Part shown: one piece after another, positions 18,621-27,806 of the stretch
Layout: each line of letters begins with the position of its first letter
How positions within the stretch are numbered: the stretch's first letter is position 1
Virus record (IMG/VR): IMGVR_UViG_3300007513_000004
Span: 1 to 64,000 of that record
Strand: one strand, 5' to 3'
DNA: 64,000 nucleotides
The notes under the pieces: model-generated
What the model was told of the DNA's origin: nothing
The model's database searches: none
What the model saw: only the letters and a program-made list of their open reading frames with translations
Position numbers and translations under genes: made by a program

Positions 18621-19343
18621 ATGGTTGGTGATTTAATTTCAGTTTTGAACGAGTTAACAGATAGGGGTTTAACCAAAGAATCTGAATATTTATACGGAAT
18701 ATTCGAGAAGATTGCTTATGAATCCGAAGCCAGAGCAGAAGCTCTTTTAAACAGGGCTGATCCAAAAAGAAACCCTGAACCTAATGAGAGAAGCGTGGCA
18801 GCAGATCGCCTTGTAAACCTGCTCAAAAACCCCAATCGACCGGAGTTTGGCTATAAAGAACTTGCCAATTTAATTGCTCGAAGTGGCGTGCAAGACACTT
18901 TTGATTCAGAGGGCTTTCTTGGAGGGTCTCTGACCAATGCAGAAGTAACCGTATTGAGGCAGTTGCTGAGTCACGATGAAGCGCCAAGAGAAAGCGGATT
19001 TCGAAACCCCCGTTGGGAACAGGCTTATCGAGAGCAGCAGAGTGCTGGTCGAGAAGACGACACAAAGAAACCAAGATATGATCAGTATGAGGAAGACAAC
19101 CGGGCTGAAGATGTAGAGTTGATAGAAAGAATCCTAAACGCACTAGAGGGTCGAACAAAGCCTGTAAAAATAAAACGAAGCAGCGGCGTTAGTGAAGCAT
19201 GTGTTCTCACAAGAAATGGTGACTATACAACCTTTATAGTTCCGGTTTCAGATGTTAAATTGGGTCACAAGGTTTTATCAATAGATCATCTAATTGAAGA
19301 TTCGTTTCTATTTTTAAATCAAGATTTGGCCGAAATGTTCTAA
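18621..19343 (+). CDS. shared-leader family protein (divergent leader)
   Basis: AGGAGG SD; MVGDLISVLNELTDRGLTKESEYLYGIFEKIA. Confidence 0.8.
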   Translation: MVGDLISVLNELTDRGLTKESEYLYGIFEKIAYESEARAEALLNRADPKRNPEPNERSVAADRLVNLLKNPNRPEFGYKELANLIARSGVQDTFDSEGFLGGSLTNAEVTVLRQLLSHDEAPRESGFRNPRWEQAYREQQSAGREDDTKKPRYDQYEEDNRAEDVELIERILNALEGRTKPVKIKRSSGVSEACVLTRNGDYTTFIVPVSDVKLGHKVLSIDHLIEDSFLFLNQDLAEMF

Positions 19344-19349
19344 AGTAAA

Positions 19350-19856
19350 ATGGCACAATATAAGGTATTTTTAAATTGGTGGTTAGTATTTGTTTTAATA
19401 ATACTATTGTTTTTCCAAGGAACGCTCTCTGGCCTAACGGAGCAAGTATGGCAAAGTGATTTTACAAAATTAAGTTTTGTAAATTTATTATTACTATTGG
19501 GAACGTCAGTATGGTGCGGTTTTCAATCTTGGAATTTTAGCAGTTTAGTTAGTCAGCAAAGAATCCCAACTACAGCTATAAAAAGAATAGAGCAAAAGGT
19601 AGAAGCCGGATGGTTTGTTAGCGACCTAACTCTAACAATCGGCATGATAGGCACGGTGATAGGCTTTATAGCAATGCTTGGTGGGTTTATAAACTTAGAT
19701 ATAGAAAATATAGAGACAATACAAGACTTGATTACAGAACTAGGGTCTGGAATGTCAACGGCTCTATATACAACGCTAACTGGACTAATAAGCAGTGTAT
19801 TATTAAAAATACAATGTTTTAACCTTAGCTACTCTATAGATAAGTTTACAAAATGA
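19350..19856 (+). CDS. MotA/TolQ/ExbB proton-channel family protein
   Basis: GMIGTVIGFIAML...GMSTALYTTLTGL and additional TM helices. Confidence 0.85.
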   Translation: MAQYKVFLNWWLVFVLIILLFFQGTLSGLTEQVWQSDFTKLSFVNLLLLLGTSVWCGFQSWNFSSLVSQQRIPTTAIKRIEQKVEAGWFVSDLTLTIGMIGTVIGFIAMLGGFINLDIENIETIQDLITELGSGMSTALYTTLTGLISSVLLKIQCFNLSYSIDKFTK

Positions 19857-20443
19857 AAAAAAATTATCATTCAAATTTAGCGTTTTTAGACTTATTATTC
19901 AATACACTTTTGTGCTTTGTTGCTTTGTTTGCTATTGCTTTAATTATAGTAAGTCCAGAGAAAGAAACAAAAAATGTAGAGTCAAAAGCTGAGTTTATTA
20001 TAACTGCCAGTTGGCCGGGAGATATCAATGATGATATAGACTTATATGTTGAAGACCCCGAAGGAAATATAGTATACTTTAAAAAGCAAGAAGCAGGTTT
20101 GATGCATTTAGACAGAGATGACTTAGGCTCTCCCAATGATAGAATGAAAACAAAGGTTGGAATTATAGAGCATGATGACAATAGAGAGATCGTTACAGTA
20201 AGAGGCTATATGCCAGGGGAGTATGTTGTAAATATACATGCTTATACAAAAAGAGAAGATGAAGATGTTCCAGTATTGGTAACTGTTGATAAAATAAATC
20301 CTTTTCGTACAATAGTATCTAAGACTATTGAGTTGAGCAGCCAAGGAGACGAGGTGACGGTGTGTAGATTTATACTAAATTCAAATGGAGAAGTTCTTTC
20401 CACAAATGAATTACCAAAATCCTTTACACATTTCGGATGGTAG
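19853..20443 (+). CDS. ExbD/TolR/MotB-like single-TM partner protein
   Basis: TM with conserved Asp (AFLDLLF), ATGA overlap with the ExbB-like gene. Confidence 0.65.
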   Translation: MKKNYHSNLAFLDLLFNTLLCFVALFAIALIIVSPEKETKNVESKAEFIITASWPGDINDDIDLYVEDPEGNIVYFKKQEAGLMHLDRDDLGSPNDRMKTKVGIIEHDDNREIVTVRGYMPGEYVVNIHAYTKREDEDVPVLVTVDKINPFRTIVSKTIELSSQGDEVTVCRFILNSNGEVLSTNELPKSFTHFGW

Positions 20444-20444
20444 T

Positions 20445-21017
20445 ATGGAAGTCACTCTTATATTCGTAATATTAAGCACCATCTTACTATGGGCGGTTAT
20501 AGGTTCCAAGGGAAATTGGACATTAAAGATGGCCGCAATATTTGTTACTTTAATGTTTTCTTTAAACATTATGAGATCATTAGAGAACCTGTCTGGCTGG
20601 CCCTCCGAAGATGATTTGCCCAATCAGTTTTTGGTTCATTGGGTAATGGTAGAAGAGCCAAGCAAAGAGTTCAAAACAGATGGGGGCATTTACTTATGGG
20701 TGCAGAATTTAGACAATGAAACTTATGAAGTTTTGGAGTTCTTTAAGAACAATGAAGACTTTCAACCCAGGGCTTATAGGCTAGACTACTCCGCTGAGTT
20801 ACACGAAATGGCTTTGAAAATGAGGCTTCGACTGTTAGATGGAAGACCAATACTTGGAATGAATGAAGAAGAGTTTAATGAACTTAACTCTCCAGACCGA
20901 TTGCTTCAATTATTATTAGAGGATAATAAGAAAAAACAAATTGGCTCAATACACAATGATGATTCCGACGACCTATTCTTTTATGAGCTACCACCCTCGG
21001 GCGCTCAACAAAAGTAA
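20445..21017 (+). CDS. membrane protein, third gene of the ExbBD-like cluster
   Basis: two N-terminal TMs; co-oriented and abutting. Confidence 0.7.
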   Translation: MEVTLIFVILSTILLWAVIGSKGNWTLKMAAIFVTLMFSLNIMRSLENLSGWPSEDDLPNQFLVHWVMVEEPSKEFKTDGGIYLWVQNLDNETYEVLEFFKNNEDFQPRAYRLDYSAELHEMALKMRLRLLDGRPILGMNEEEFNELNSPDRLLQLLLEDNKKKQIGSIHNDDSDDLFFYELPPSGAQQK

Positions 21018-21031
21018 GATTAAACAAGTCT

Positions 21032-21547
21032 TTAGTCTATTCGGCGCGATTTATTTTTGAAGTCAAGTATATTGGACTGCATTTCTTCGCATCTTTTTAA
21101 GATGCTATACAGATCGCTTGGCGGCAATTGGCTTCTGTTATACAGCCTTAAGCTTTTCCAGTCTACAATGCTGGATAACCCAAGAGCATAAGCTACCCAT
21201 TCACTGCAATACCATTTGTTTATATGCTTTACTCTGAATGGAAGAATATGAGATAGGGTCATTCCAATCCAATCGTAAGATTGATCACAAGTTAGATCAT
21301 AGAAGTCCTGTATTGCCTCCACCTGTTCTGCCGTCGCTCTTAGGTTGATAAAATCCCACTCGTGAAGAAGTTGATCTTCAAGCATGTTATTTCGCACTCT
21401 AGGGCTATCTGGAGGGTATATGCCCATCCACCCCTTGTTGTCCGGTAGAACCAGCTCTACATGGCTGTATGGGCTTCTAGTCCACAATCTTATAAACCTG
21501 TCTCTCAACCGTCCATGGCCCTTATAAAATGCTATTTTGATATTCAT
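21032..21547 (-). CDS. permuted papain-like (NlpC/P60, YiiX-like) amidase/peptidase
   Basis: SPYSHVEL...YDW...WYCSE (His before Cys). Confidence 0.8.
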   Translation of the reverse strand: MNIKIAFYKGHGRLRDRFIRLWTRSPYSHVELVLPDNKGWMGIYPPDSPRVRNNMLEDQLLHEWDFINLRATAEQVEAIQDFYDLTCDQSYDWIGMTLSHILPFRVKHINKWYCSEWVAYALGLSSIVDWKSLRLYNRSQLPPSDLYSILKRCEEMQSNILDFKNKSRRID

Positions 21548-21587
21548 CTAATATACCTTAGGTAATAATATGTTTATTTGGTTTGGT

Positions 21588-21606
21588 TTGACGCGAAATT
21601 ATTTTT
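21588..21606. repeat. 19-bp direct repeat TTGACGCGAAATTATTTTT, copy 1
   Basis: exact match to 22647-22665. Confidence 0.9.
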
Positions 21607-22627
21607 AAGAAACAGGCCCAGGTGTATCGGGATATATTCCAGAGTCATATATTGTTTTTCTTATTATTTCCATTCTTCTTTCTGCATCAATCTTCTCTCT
21701 TCTTAATTTCAGACCTACATTTTTGACCAGCCTAGATACATCGTGGGTTATCACAGGCTCTTCTCCTTTCGCAAGTTCTGCTAACTCATTCATGCCGCCT
21801 GTCTCTGCTAGGATTAAAGCATACGCAATCAATGGAGGGGGAGTTCCTGTGAGAGCTTGTGTTCTTCCGGCTAATGGCGCTCCTTCCAATGCAGCCTGTA
21901 AAGAATTAACGTCTATTTCATTAAAGTCTGCAAGACCTAATGGCCTCGCTCTGCATTGGCCTCTTCTCTTTATTGCTCCGGTCAACCCTTTGTATAAACA
22001 GTTTCTGTTTTTTCTTATGTATAAATCTATCAATTTTGTTTTTGGTCTTCCTATATTATCGAAATTCCATATTGCCAAAGCCGGTATAGCAAAAGCTGCC
22101 ATTGTTCCAAAGCCCAAGTTGAATATACGCTTCATCACAACGCCTTGTAAATGAGATTCCGGTTGGGAACTTATCCAGTCTTGCCAGCTTGAATATTCGG
22201 GAATATTCATAAACATCGAAAACAATGGAGAAGCGGAAGATATGTTGAGCCTTTGTGCTAATTGTGTGCCCAATTGTTTTCCAGCACCTTGTTCAGCCCT
22301 GTCTCTTGTGTCAAGACTTTCTTCTGCAGAAGTCTTTAAGATAAGTTCGTCTACAATGCCTGCCTCTTTAATTAATCCTCTGCTATCCAATTCGTTAGCA
22401 AGAACGATTAGTTTTTTGACAACAAGATCATCAGATGCAAAAGAGTGAACCCTACGCTCCTCCTTCGCGACCCGCTTCTTTGAGGGCTTCCTTGGTCCGA
22501 ACCATCTAAGTATCTTCTTGGGATTGGTCTTTGATACAAGAGCCCATTCTACACGGTCCTTCTTGCCTTTACCTCGCGTCGTCCTTTTCTTTCTTACAAG
22601 CTTTGATTCTTTTATCATATCATTCAT
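21605..22627 (-). CDS. shared-leader family protein with a basic N-terminal extension
   Basis: internal KKLIVLANELDSRGLIKEAGIVDELILKTSA after about 70 aa. Confidence 0.8.
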   Translation of the reverse strand: MNDMIKESKLVRKKRTTRGKGKKDRVEWALVSKTNPKKILRWFGPRKPSKKRVAKEERRVHSFASDDLVVKKLIVLANELDSRGLIKEAGIVDELILKTSAEESLDTRDRAEQGAGKQLGTQLAQRLNISSASPLFSMFMNIPEYSSWQDWISSQPESHLQGVVMKRIFNLGFGTMAAFAIPALAIWNFDNIGRPKTKLIDLYIRKNRNCLYKGLTGAIKRRGQCRARPLGLADFNEIDVNSLQAALEGAPLAGRTQALTGTPPPLIAYALILAETGGMNELAELAKGEEPVITHDVSRLVKNVGLKLRREKIDAERRMEIIRKTIYDSGIYPDTPGPVS

Positions 22628-22646
22628 GTTAGTTTGTTTAGTTTAG

Positions 22647-22665
22647 TTGACGCGAAATTATTTTT
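22647..22665. repeat. 19-bp direct repeat, copy 2
   Basis: exact match to 21588-21606. Confidence 0.9.
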
Positions 22666-22681
22666 GCAACCTAACGGTTGT

Positions 22682-23458
22682 CTATTGCTTTTCCCAGTTA
22701 ACATCTTTTAATAAAATTCCATCTATCCTAGTGTTGCTAAGTGGTTTGTGCAGCCTGCTCCCTCTATCGTCAATATAGTATGCAGTATTTCCATCCGGCC
22801 TCATATACTTTCTCCAGCCTTTAAATCTATATTCAGTTAGATCGCCAGTCTGTGCTTGGGGAGGACTTTCCTCTACCGGCTTTAAGTCATCAGGTAGTCT
22901 CTGTATGAGGTTATCATAACCTGGCCTTCCCTTTTTTATAGAAACAGTCTTCGTGGCGTTTCCCGCTGAATCAAAGAAGCTTGTATTTATCTTTCCTGAG
23001 GTTATTAAAAACTTTGGGCCACCTTTCTCTGGAGGCACATAAACATACTTATAAGGATCTCCAGCTGTATTTATATAATACTCTTCGCCTAAACCATATC
23101 GTCGCAAAACCTTTGCCGTATAAGAACTTGGGCCTATTGCCGTCTTAATCATTCTATAGTTTCTATCTGCTGCCAACTTTTTCCCAGCCTGGAGTCTATT
23201 CTGCGTTTGGGTAATACACTTGTTGTATTGAGGAGGGCCCTTTGTAAGACCCTTGGCTGCACAATGATCTTCTTCCTTTGTCGTATAGGAGGTTGAACCT
23301 TCGCCAAGGTTTGGACTCATACAGCCGTTTAAATCATTGTTCCAGACCATTGGTGGCTTACAATATGCGCTCTTTATTATTGCATCTAAATAGTCAGCTT
23401 CTTTTGTTAAGCCTTTGCTATCCAGATGTGTTGCCAATTTAATTAATTCATTAATCAT
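22682..23458 (-). CDS. shared-leader family protein
   Basis: MINELIKLATHLDSKGLTKEADYLDAIIKSA. Confidence 0.85.
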   Translation of the reverse strand: MINELIKLATHLDSKGLTKEADYLDAIIKSAYCKPPMVWNNDLNGCMSPNLGEGSTSYTTKEEDHCAAKGLTKGPPQYNKCITQTQNRLQAGKKLAADRNYRMIKTAIGPSSYTAKVLRRYGLGEEYYINTAGDPYKYVYVPPEKGGPKFLITSGKINTSFFDSAGNATKTVSIKKGRPGYDNLIQRLPDDLKPVEESPPQAQTGDLTEYRFKGWRKYMRPDGNTAYYIDDRGSRLHKPLSNTRIDGILLKDVNWEKQ

Positions 23459-23533
23459 TTTATAATCTCCTAAAAATTGCCTTGCCCGTTCGAGAAGCTT
23501 TTGGCTTTAATAATATCATTCTTTAAAAGAATA

Positions 23534-24373
23534 TTAATAGGCAATATACGGGCTGGTTTCAAAGTCTTTTGAGAAGGATGCATCAAGAACAACAAGCTCT
23601 CCATTGGAGTTTGTTCCGAGGTTTCCAACCCCCAAATCTTTTGCGTCTATACCAAGCTTTGCCGAGAGCATAGCCAGCCTTCTAAACATTGGGTCTTTAT
23701 TTGCTGAATCCAATAGCTTGCGAATACTCTTCTCTTCTTCGGCGGGGGAACTGAATGGCACATAGGTTCTTAAAGAATTTATAAAAATAAAATCTTCTTC
23801 CCATTGTTTCTCGGTTTCTTTATACGCCGCCCAATGCAATAGTCTTCCTAGTACACTGGAGATAAAAGAAATATTTTGTTCTTCTATTTCCCTGATTAAC
23901 TCAGGAAAGAATTGTCCCAATTCTTTTTCATCCCTTATAACGGATACCTTATCCATTACAACCCAATCGAATTCGGAAGCTTTCATTGGTCTGTCGGAAC
24001 TTGCCGATCTACGTCCATGATGGTGAACTCTTGGAAACAGACCTCCGAATTCTGCTTGTCTATTGAACTCTGACTCATTCATCATTGATCCTCTAGGTCT
24101 TCTAGCTATCTTGACAACAAACGAATCATCCCCCGTTATTCCGATTGCATATCTGAAAGCTCCTGCTCCTGCCCAATAAAGGTTTTTATATTTCTCATGT
24201 ACCGCACGCTTTGCTTCCATGCCATCCGAATGATATAAATCCGTTGCAAGCTGCGGCAACTCTTGAAGCCAATCCCCATAATAACTGTGGATCATTTCTT
24301 CCAACTCTTCGGCCTCTTCTTCATGCTCCATATCTCTCAGGGCTATTGCCAGCTTATTTAATTTATATCTCAT
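23534..24373 (-). CDS. protein kinase-like (PKL fold) protein with a divergent leader
   Basis: Gly loop GAGAFR, VVK lysine, NESE, catalytic DLGVGN, VVLDA. Confidence 0.75.
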   Translation of the reverse strand: MRYKLNKLAIALRDMEHEEEAEELEEMIHSYYGDWLQELPQLATDLYHSDGMEAKRAVHEKYKNLYWAGAGAFRYAIGITGDDSFVVKIARRPRGSMMNESEFNRQAEFGGLFPRVHHHGRRSASSDRPMKASEFDWVVMDKVSVIRDEKELGQFFPELIREIEEQNISFISSVLGRLLHWAAYKETEKQWEEDFIFINSLRTYVPFSSPAEEEKSIRKLLDSANKDPMFRRLAMLSAKLGIDAKDLGVGNLGTNSNGELVVLDASFSKDFETSPYIAY

Positions 24374-24399
24374 CTCTTTCTTTTAACTTCCGAACTCTA

Positions 24400-25075
24400 T
24401 TCCTATTGTAAACGTCCACCAAACCAAACCCAACCGAAAGCATAAAGCATTATGTCCGCAATCCATACATCCGTATGACACCTCGGCTCCCATGCTTTTG
24501 CAATCATTTATATCTATCCTGCAAAACGGTAACATAACTTCTCTCCTATCTAATCTTTATCTTTTATTAGTATGCGTGTGTGTGCATGCCCTGTGTATAC
24601 TTTGCATGCGTGTGTGCGCACTCTATACAGTGCGTGTGGGCGAAGCTCTTTCCGGGGTGCTCGGGCCCTCTTGATTTAAGCGGCCTGTTTCCTTATACAA
24701 AAGTTGAAAAAAATTACCAGTAGAAAAATTTTGAATCCACGTTTTTTCTTATATGAAAAGGCAAAAAAGGTCTGGAGAGAAAAGGGTCGGTGTAGGCGTT
24801 TTTCGCCGTTTTCACAGAAAACTCAAGAATTTCTACCGGAAATATACCCTTTTTGTTCTCAGAAAAAAAGGTCGTCTGTTTTCACAGAAAAAAGGTTCTT
24901 TGGCCCCCAGAAAAAAGGCATTGATGCTTTTTAAAACAAAAAGTCTTTCTCAGCTGGGGAAAAATAAGTCTTTATATACTATATATAATAAAAAAGGCGA
25001 CCTCCGGTTAAGAAAGCCGCCCAATTTGAAGCTGAGTATAATTATATTATTATATCCAACCCATCCCTATGGTAT
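24400..25075. other. long non-coding boundary region with A-tract repeats and (CA/TG)-rich tract
   Basis: no credible ORF; CAGAAAAAA(A)GG at 24860, 24885, 24908; GTTTTCACAGAAAA at 24808, 24878. Confidence 0.6.
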
Positions 25076-25080
25076 TCGGG

Positions 25081-25521
25081 TTATTCATCTTCTGGAATGT
25101 AATCTAATTCTCCTTCAAACATTTCTTCTTCATCTCTATCTCTCTCATCTCTATCTTCATCCTTAATGAATGTGAAATTCATTTGGTAATTGGAATCATC
25201 CGAGTTATGAAACGGATCATACAAAGAATATTCTATTTTATTATCTGTATACATTGAAGTATCCCATTGACTTTGATACTCGGGTAATCCACCCATGTCT
25301 GTGGGACTTACATTCGCAGTATCAAATGTAAATTCAAATGTATTGTTAGAATCTTCTACAACAAAAGGATGAGTTGGTTCATTGAGACTAAGAAAACTTT
25401 TCACAGTATCAACATCAACATCGAAATAAATTTCTTTATCTGTTAATGCATTATACAAGTTGTATGAATCTTCTTCCATTTTATAAATGTAGAAGTTTAA
25501 TGTTTTATTTGTTCCTGCCAT
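25081..25521 (-). CDS. hypothetical acidic protein
   Basis: ORF with GGAG SD. Confidence 0.7.
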   Translation of the reverse strand: MAGTNKTLNFYIYKMEEDSYNLYNALTDKEIYFDVDVDTVKSFLSLNEPTHPFVVEDSNNTFEFTFDTANVSPTDMGGLPEYQSQWDTSMYTDNKIEYSLYDPFHNSDDSNYQMNFTFIKDEDRDERDRDEEEMFEGELDYIPEDE

Positions 25522-25855
25522 TTTGGTACTCCGATGTTTGTTAAGACTTATCTTTCAAATTGATTTAAAGCTAAATACATTTTACTTAGCCGGGTTGGAA
25601 TAGTCTGGAAATAAAAACTAAAATTATGTCAAGACTATTCTGTTCCAATTATAGATAAAAATAATAATATAAAATCTTGGTTGAATATCAAATTGATAAA
25701 CATTCTATTTGTCTGCCCCACTTATTGTCCGTTACAAACTGAGGACATACCGCTCCACATTGGAATAGTCGGTGCCAAACTTCTGTTAAATAATATCTTA
25801 ACAAATTTTGCTGGGTAGGATGGTAAGATAAACGATGGCCGGTTAGAATAGTATG

Positions 25856-26170
25856 TTAAACTTTTGCCCGAAGGATCGGCTCGTAACTCTCAGTCATGAA
25901 GTCTGCACCAAACATTTTCTCCCAACCTAGGTATCTCGTTTTATCGGAAAAGAAAATATCTAAACTATAATGATATTCATCATTAGTTCTGTCTTCTTTA
26001 ATTATCTTATCAGTATTTAATTCAACTTCCTTCATCCCAAAGTATCTGGCTTCAACGAAATAAACATAGTAATAGTTACCATTGCTCTTTTCAAATAAAG
26101 AAATATGGCCCAGCAAATCGCCTCCGCCTCCTGGAGATAAATTTACCATCGTTCTGTCGATAAGTTTCAT
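25856..26170 (-). CDS. hypothetical protein
   Basis: ORF; stop codon lies within a box (ends RAKV*). Confidence 0.65.
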   Translation of the reverse strand: MKLIDRTMVNLSPGGGGDLLGHISLFEKSNGNYYYVYFVEARYFGMKEVELNTDKIIKEDRTNDEYHYSLDIFFSDKTRYLGWEKMFGADFMTESYEPILRAKV

Positions 26171-26417
26171 AACAGAAGTTATGATATTATTAATAGGATG
26201 TTAAGTTTTTGCCCAGGATATTTCATAGCAGTTAAAGCTGGTCTCGAAATCGAGATCCAAGTTTAATTATCATTAGATGGGCATTTAGCGAGCCTTAAAG
26301 TCGCAGCTCCAGAGCTCATGAAGTTTTAAAGACTATTAGATAAGTATCTAATAAAGATTAAAATAAGGAGGCAGCCTGCCGGCACAACTTTAAGGCTCTA
26401 TACATCTGGATGTATTT

Positions 26418-26446
26418 TTCATTTTTAATTTTGCATCGACTACTTC
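26418..26446 (+). promoter_or_regulatory. CATC-type promoter (paralogue 1)
   Basis: TTCATT-TTTAATTTTGCATCGAC-TACTTC. Confidence 0.75.
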
Positions 26447-26499
26447 ATTTCGTAGGGCACAATGTCCTGCACCAACCAATGAGAAAAGGAAAAGATAAA

Positions 26500-27003
26500 A
26501 TGAGCGACAAGACTGCAATTTTTGAGAATGATAACACTGAGTCTCCTCTCCAGGTGATTCGTCAGACTATGAGCGTTTCGCTGTCCGATGGCGGCGCGGC
26601 CCAGGTTTCTTTTGCCACTAATCGTGGTAAGGGTTCCGGTGCCCAGGTTCTTGCTGTCGATGACTTTGCCGAGGTTGTGAGTACTCTCCAGGGTTACTCT
26701 GATGCTGGTATCGAAGAGCGTGAGGAAGAGCAGCTTTCTCCTGCTGATACGATTCGTCGTACCATCCGTATTGAGGATGGTGTGGTCAGCTTCCGTACCC
26801 GTTCGGGTAAGGGCGCGAAGCCTGCTAAGATTCCTGCGAGTCAGTTCGCGGAAGTCTGCGAGCTTCTGTCTGGTACTCTGTCTGCGGTGGAGGCTGCTGG
26901 TCAGTCTCTTTCTCCGGCTGATGAGACTGCTGATGAAGCAGCCGAAGAGCCTGCTATGGACGGAGACTACTCCGACTATGAGGACATGGGTGACGACGAG
27001 TAA
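26500..27003 (+). CDS. tandem-repeat protein, paralogue 1 of 3
   Basis: two internal repeats (SFATNRGKGSG / SFRTRSGKGAK); AGGA SD. Confidence 0.85.
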   Translation: MSDKTAIFENDNTESPLQVIRQTMSVSLSDGGAAQVSFATNRGKGSGAQVLAVDDFAEVVSTLQGYSDAGIEEREEEQLSPADTIRRTIRIEDGVVSFRTRSGKGAKPAKIPASQFAEVCELLSGTLSAVEAAGQSLSPADETADEAAEEPAMDGDYSDYEDMGDDE

Positions 27004-27024
27004 TTAATACTCTGAAACGAAAAA

Positions 27025-27052
27025 GCCCACCCGGTTTAACTTCCGGGTGGGC
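27025..27052. terminator. intrinsic terminator between convergent genes
   Basis: 10-bp stem GCCCACCCGG/CCGGGTGGGC with an A-tract on the left. Confidence 0.8.
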
Positions 27053-27182
27053 ACTCGTTTAATCTATATGTCAAACTTTTGCACGAGGATATGTTGTGCC
27101 GTCGTCTGCCTTATTCCAATTACCGCCTTCTCTTCTGGCTAATTGTGCTGGAGTTAACCTGTGTTCAGGAATGTCTTTTTCT

Positions 27183-27452
27183 CTATCTGCCCAACTGCGA
27201 GAAGACCCCACCGGTTTGTCCCAATCGAGAAAAAGACATTCCATCACCGATAGGTCCTGGAGCAGTTTCTTCAACCTCGCCCTCAGCCCCTACAAGCCAA
27301 CCAGGACCTTCGGCCCCTTCTACTGGGTTTCCATCAATATCTAATGGAATTCCTCCAGCAAATTTAAAAATTACTTTATCAATAACATCAGCTTCTTTCA
27401 CAAGGCCTCTGCTATCTAGTTCGCTGGCTAATTTAATTAATTCTACAATCAT
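27183..27452 (-). CDS. shared-leader family protein (possibly frame-disrupted)
   Basis: MIVELIKLASELDSRGLVKEADVIDKVIFKFAG. Confidence 0.75.
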   Translation of the reverse strand: MIVELIKLASELDSRGLVKEADVIDKVIFKFAGGIPLDIDGNPVEGAEGPGWLVGAEGEVEETAPGPIGDGMSFSRLGQTGGVFSQLGR

Positions 27453-27571
27453 TATAGTCTCACGATATTAATTAAAATAATTAATAGAACTTTAAAGCTC
27501 TCGATAAAACTCTCTATAGAACAAAATTTCTTTGATTAATCTTTTAAAATTACTGGTAGAAATCTTTTTCA

Positions 27572-27754
27572 TCAATCGACTTCTTTACCAAGAGTTAACT
27601 TAACTAATTGAGCTGCATTTTGCTTCAAAGTTCTAAGACCCTTTCTGGCCCTGGTTCCTGCCGCAGCATTACCAGCAGCATTCTTTGAAACATCAGTTTC
27701 TAAACTTGCAACCAACTCTTTAATCTCTTCCCATTTACTTTCTACTGTAGCCAT
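27572..27754 (-). CDS. histone H1-like (Hc1 family) small basic protein
   Basis: GNAAAGTRARK motif; GGAGG SD. Confidence 0.75.
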   Translation of the reverse strand: MATVESKWEEIKELVASLETDVSKNAAGNAAAGTRARKGLRTLKQNAAQLVKLTLGKEVD

Positions 27755-27806
27755 AACTACCTCCTTTGTTTTTTATTATACTATTTGTCAAACTTTTGCC
27801 CAAGGG

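Noticed and set aside
25595-25852. TT(G/A)GAATAGT repeats at 25595, 25760 and 25843 as iterons
   Set aside because: Only three short AT-rich copies with irregular spacing; insufficient support
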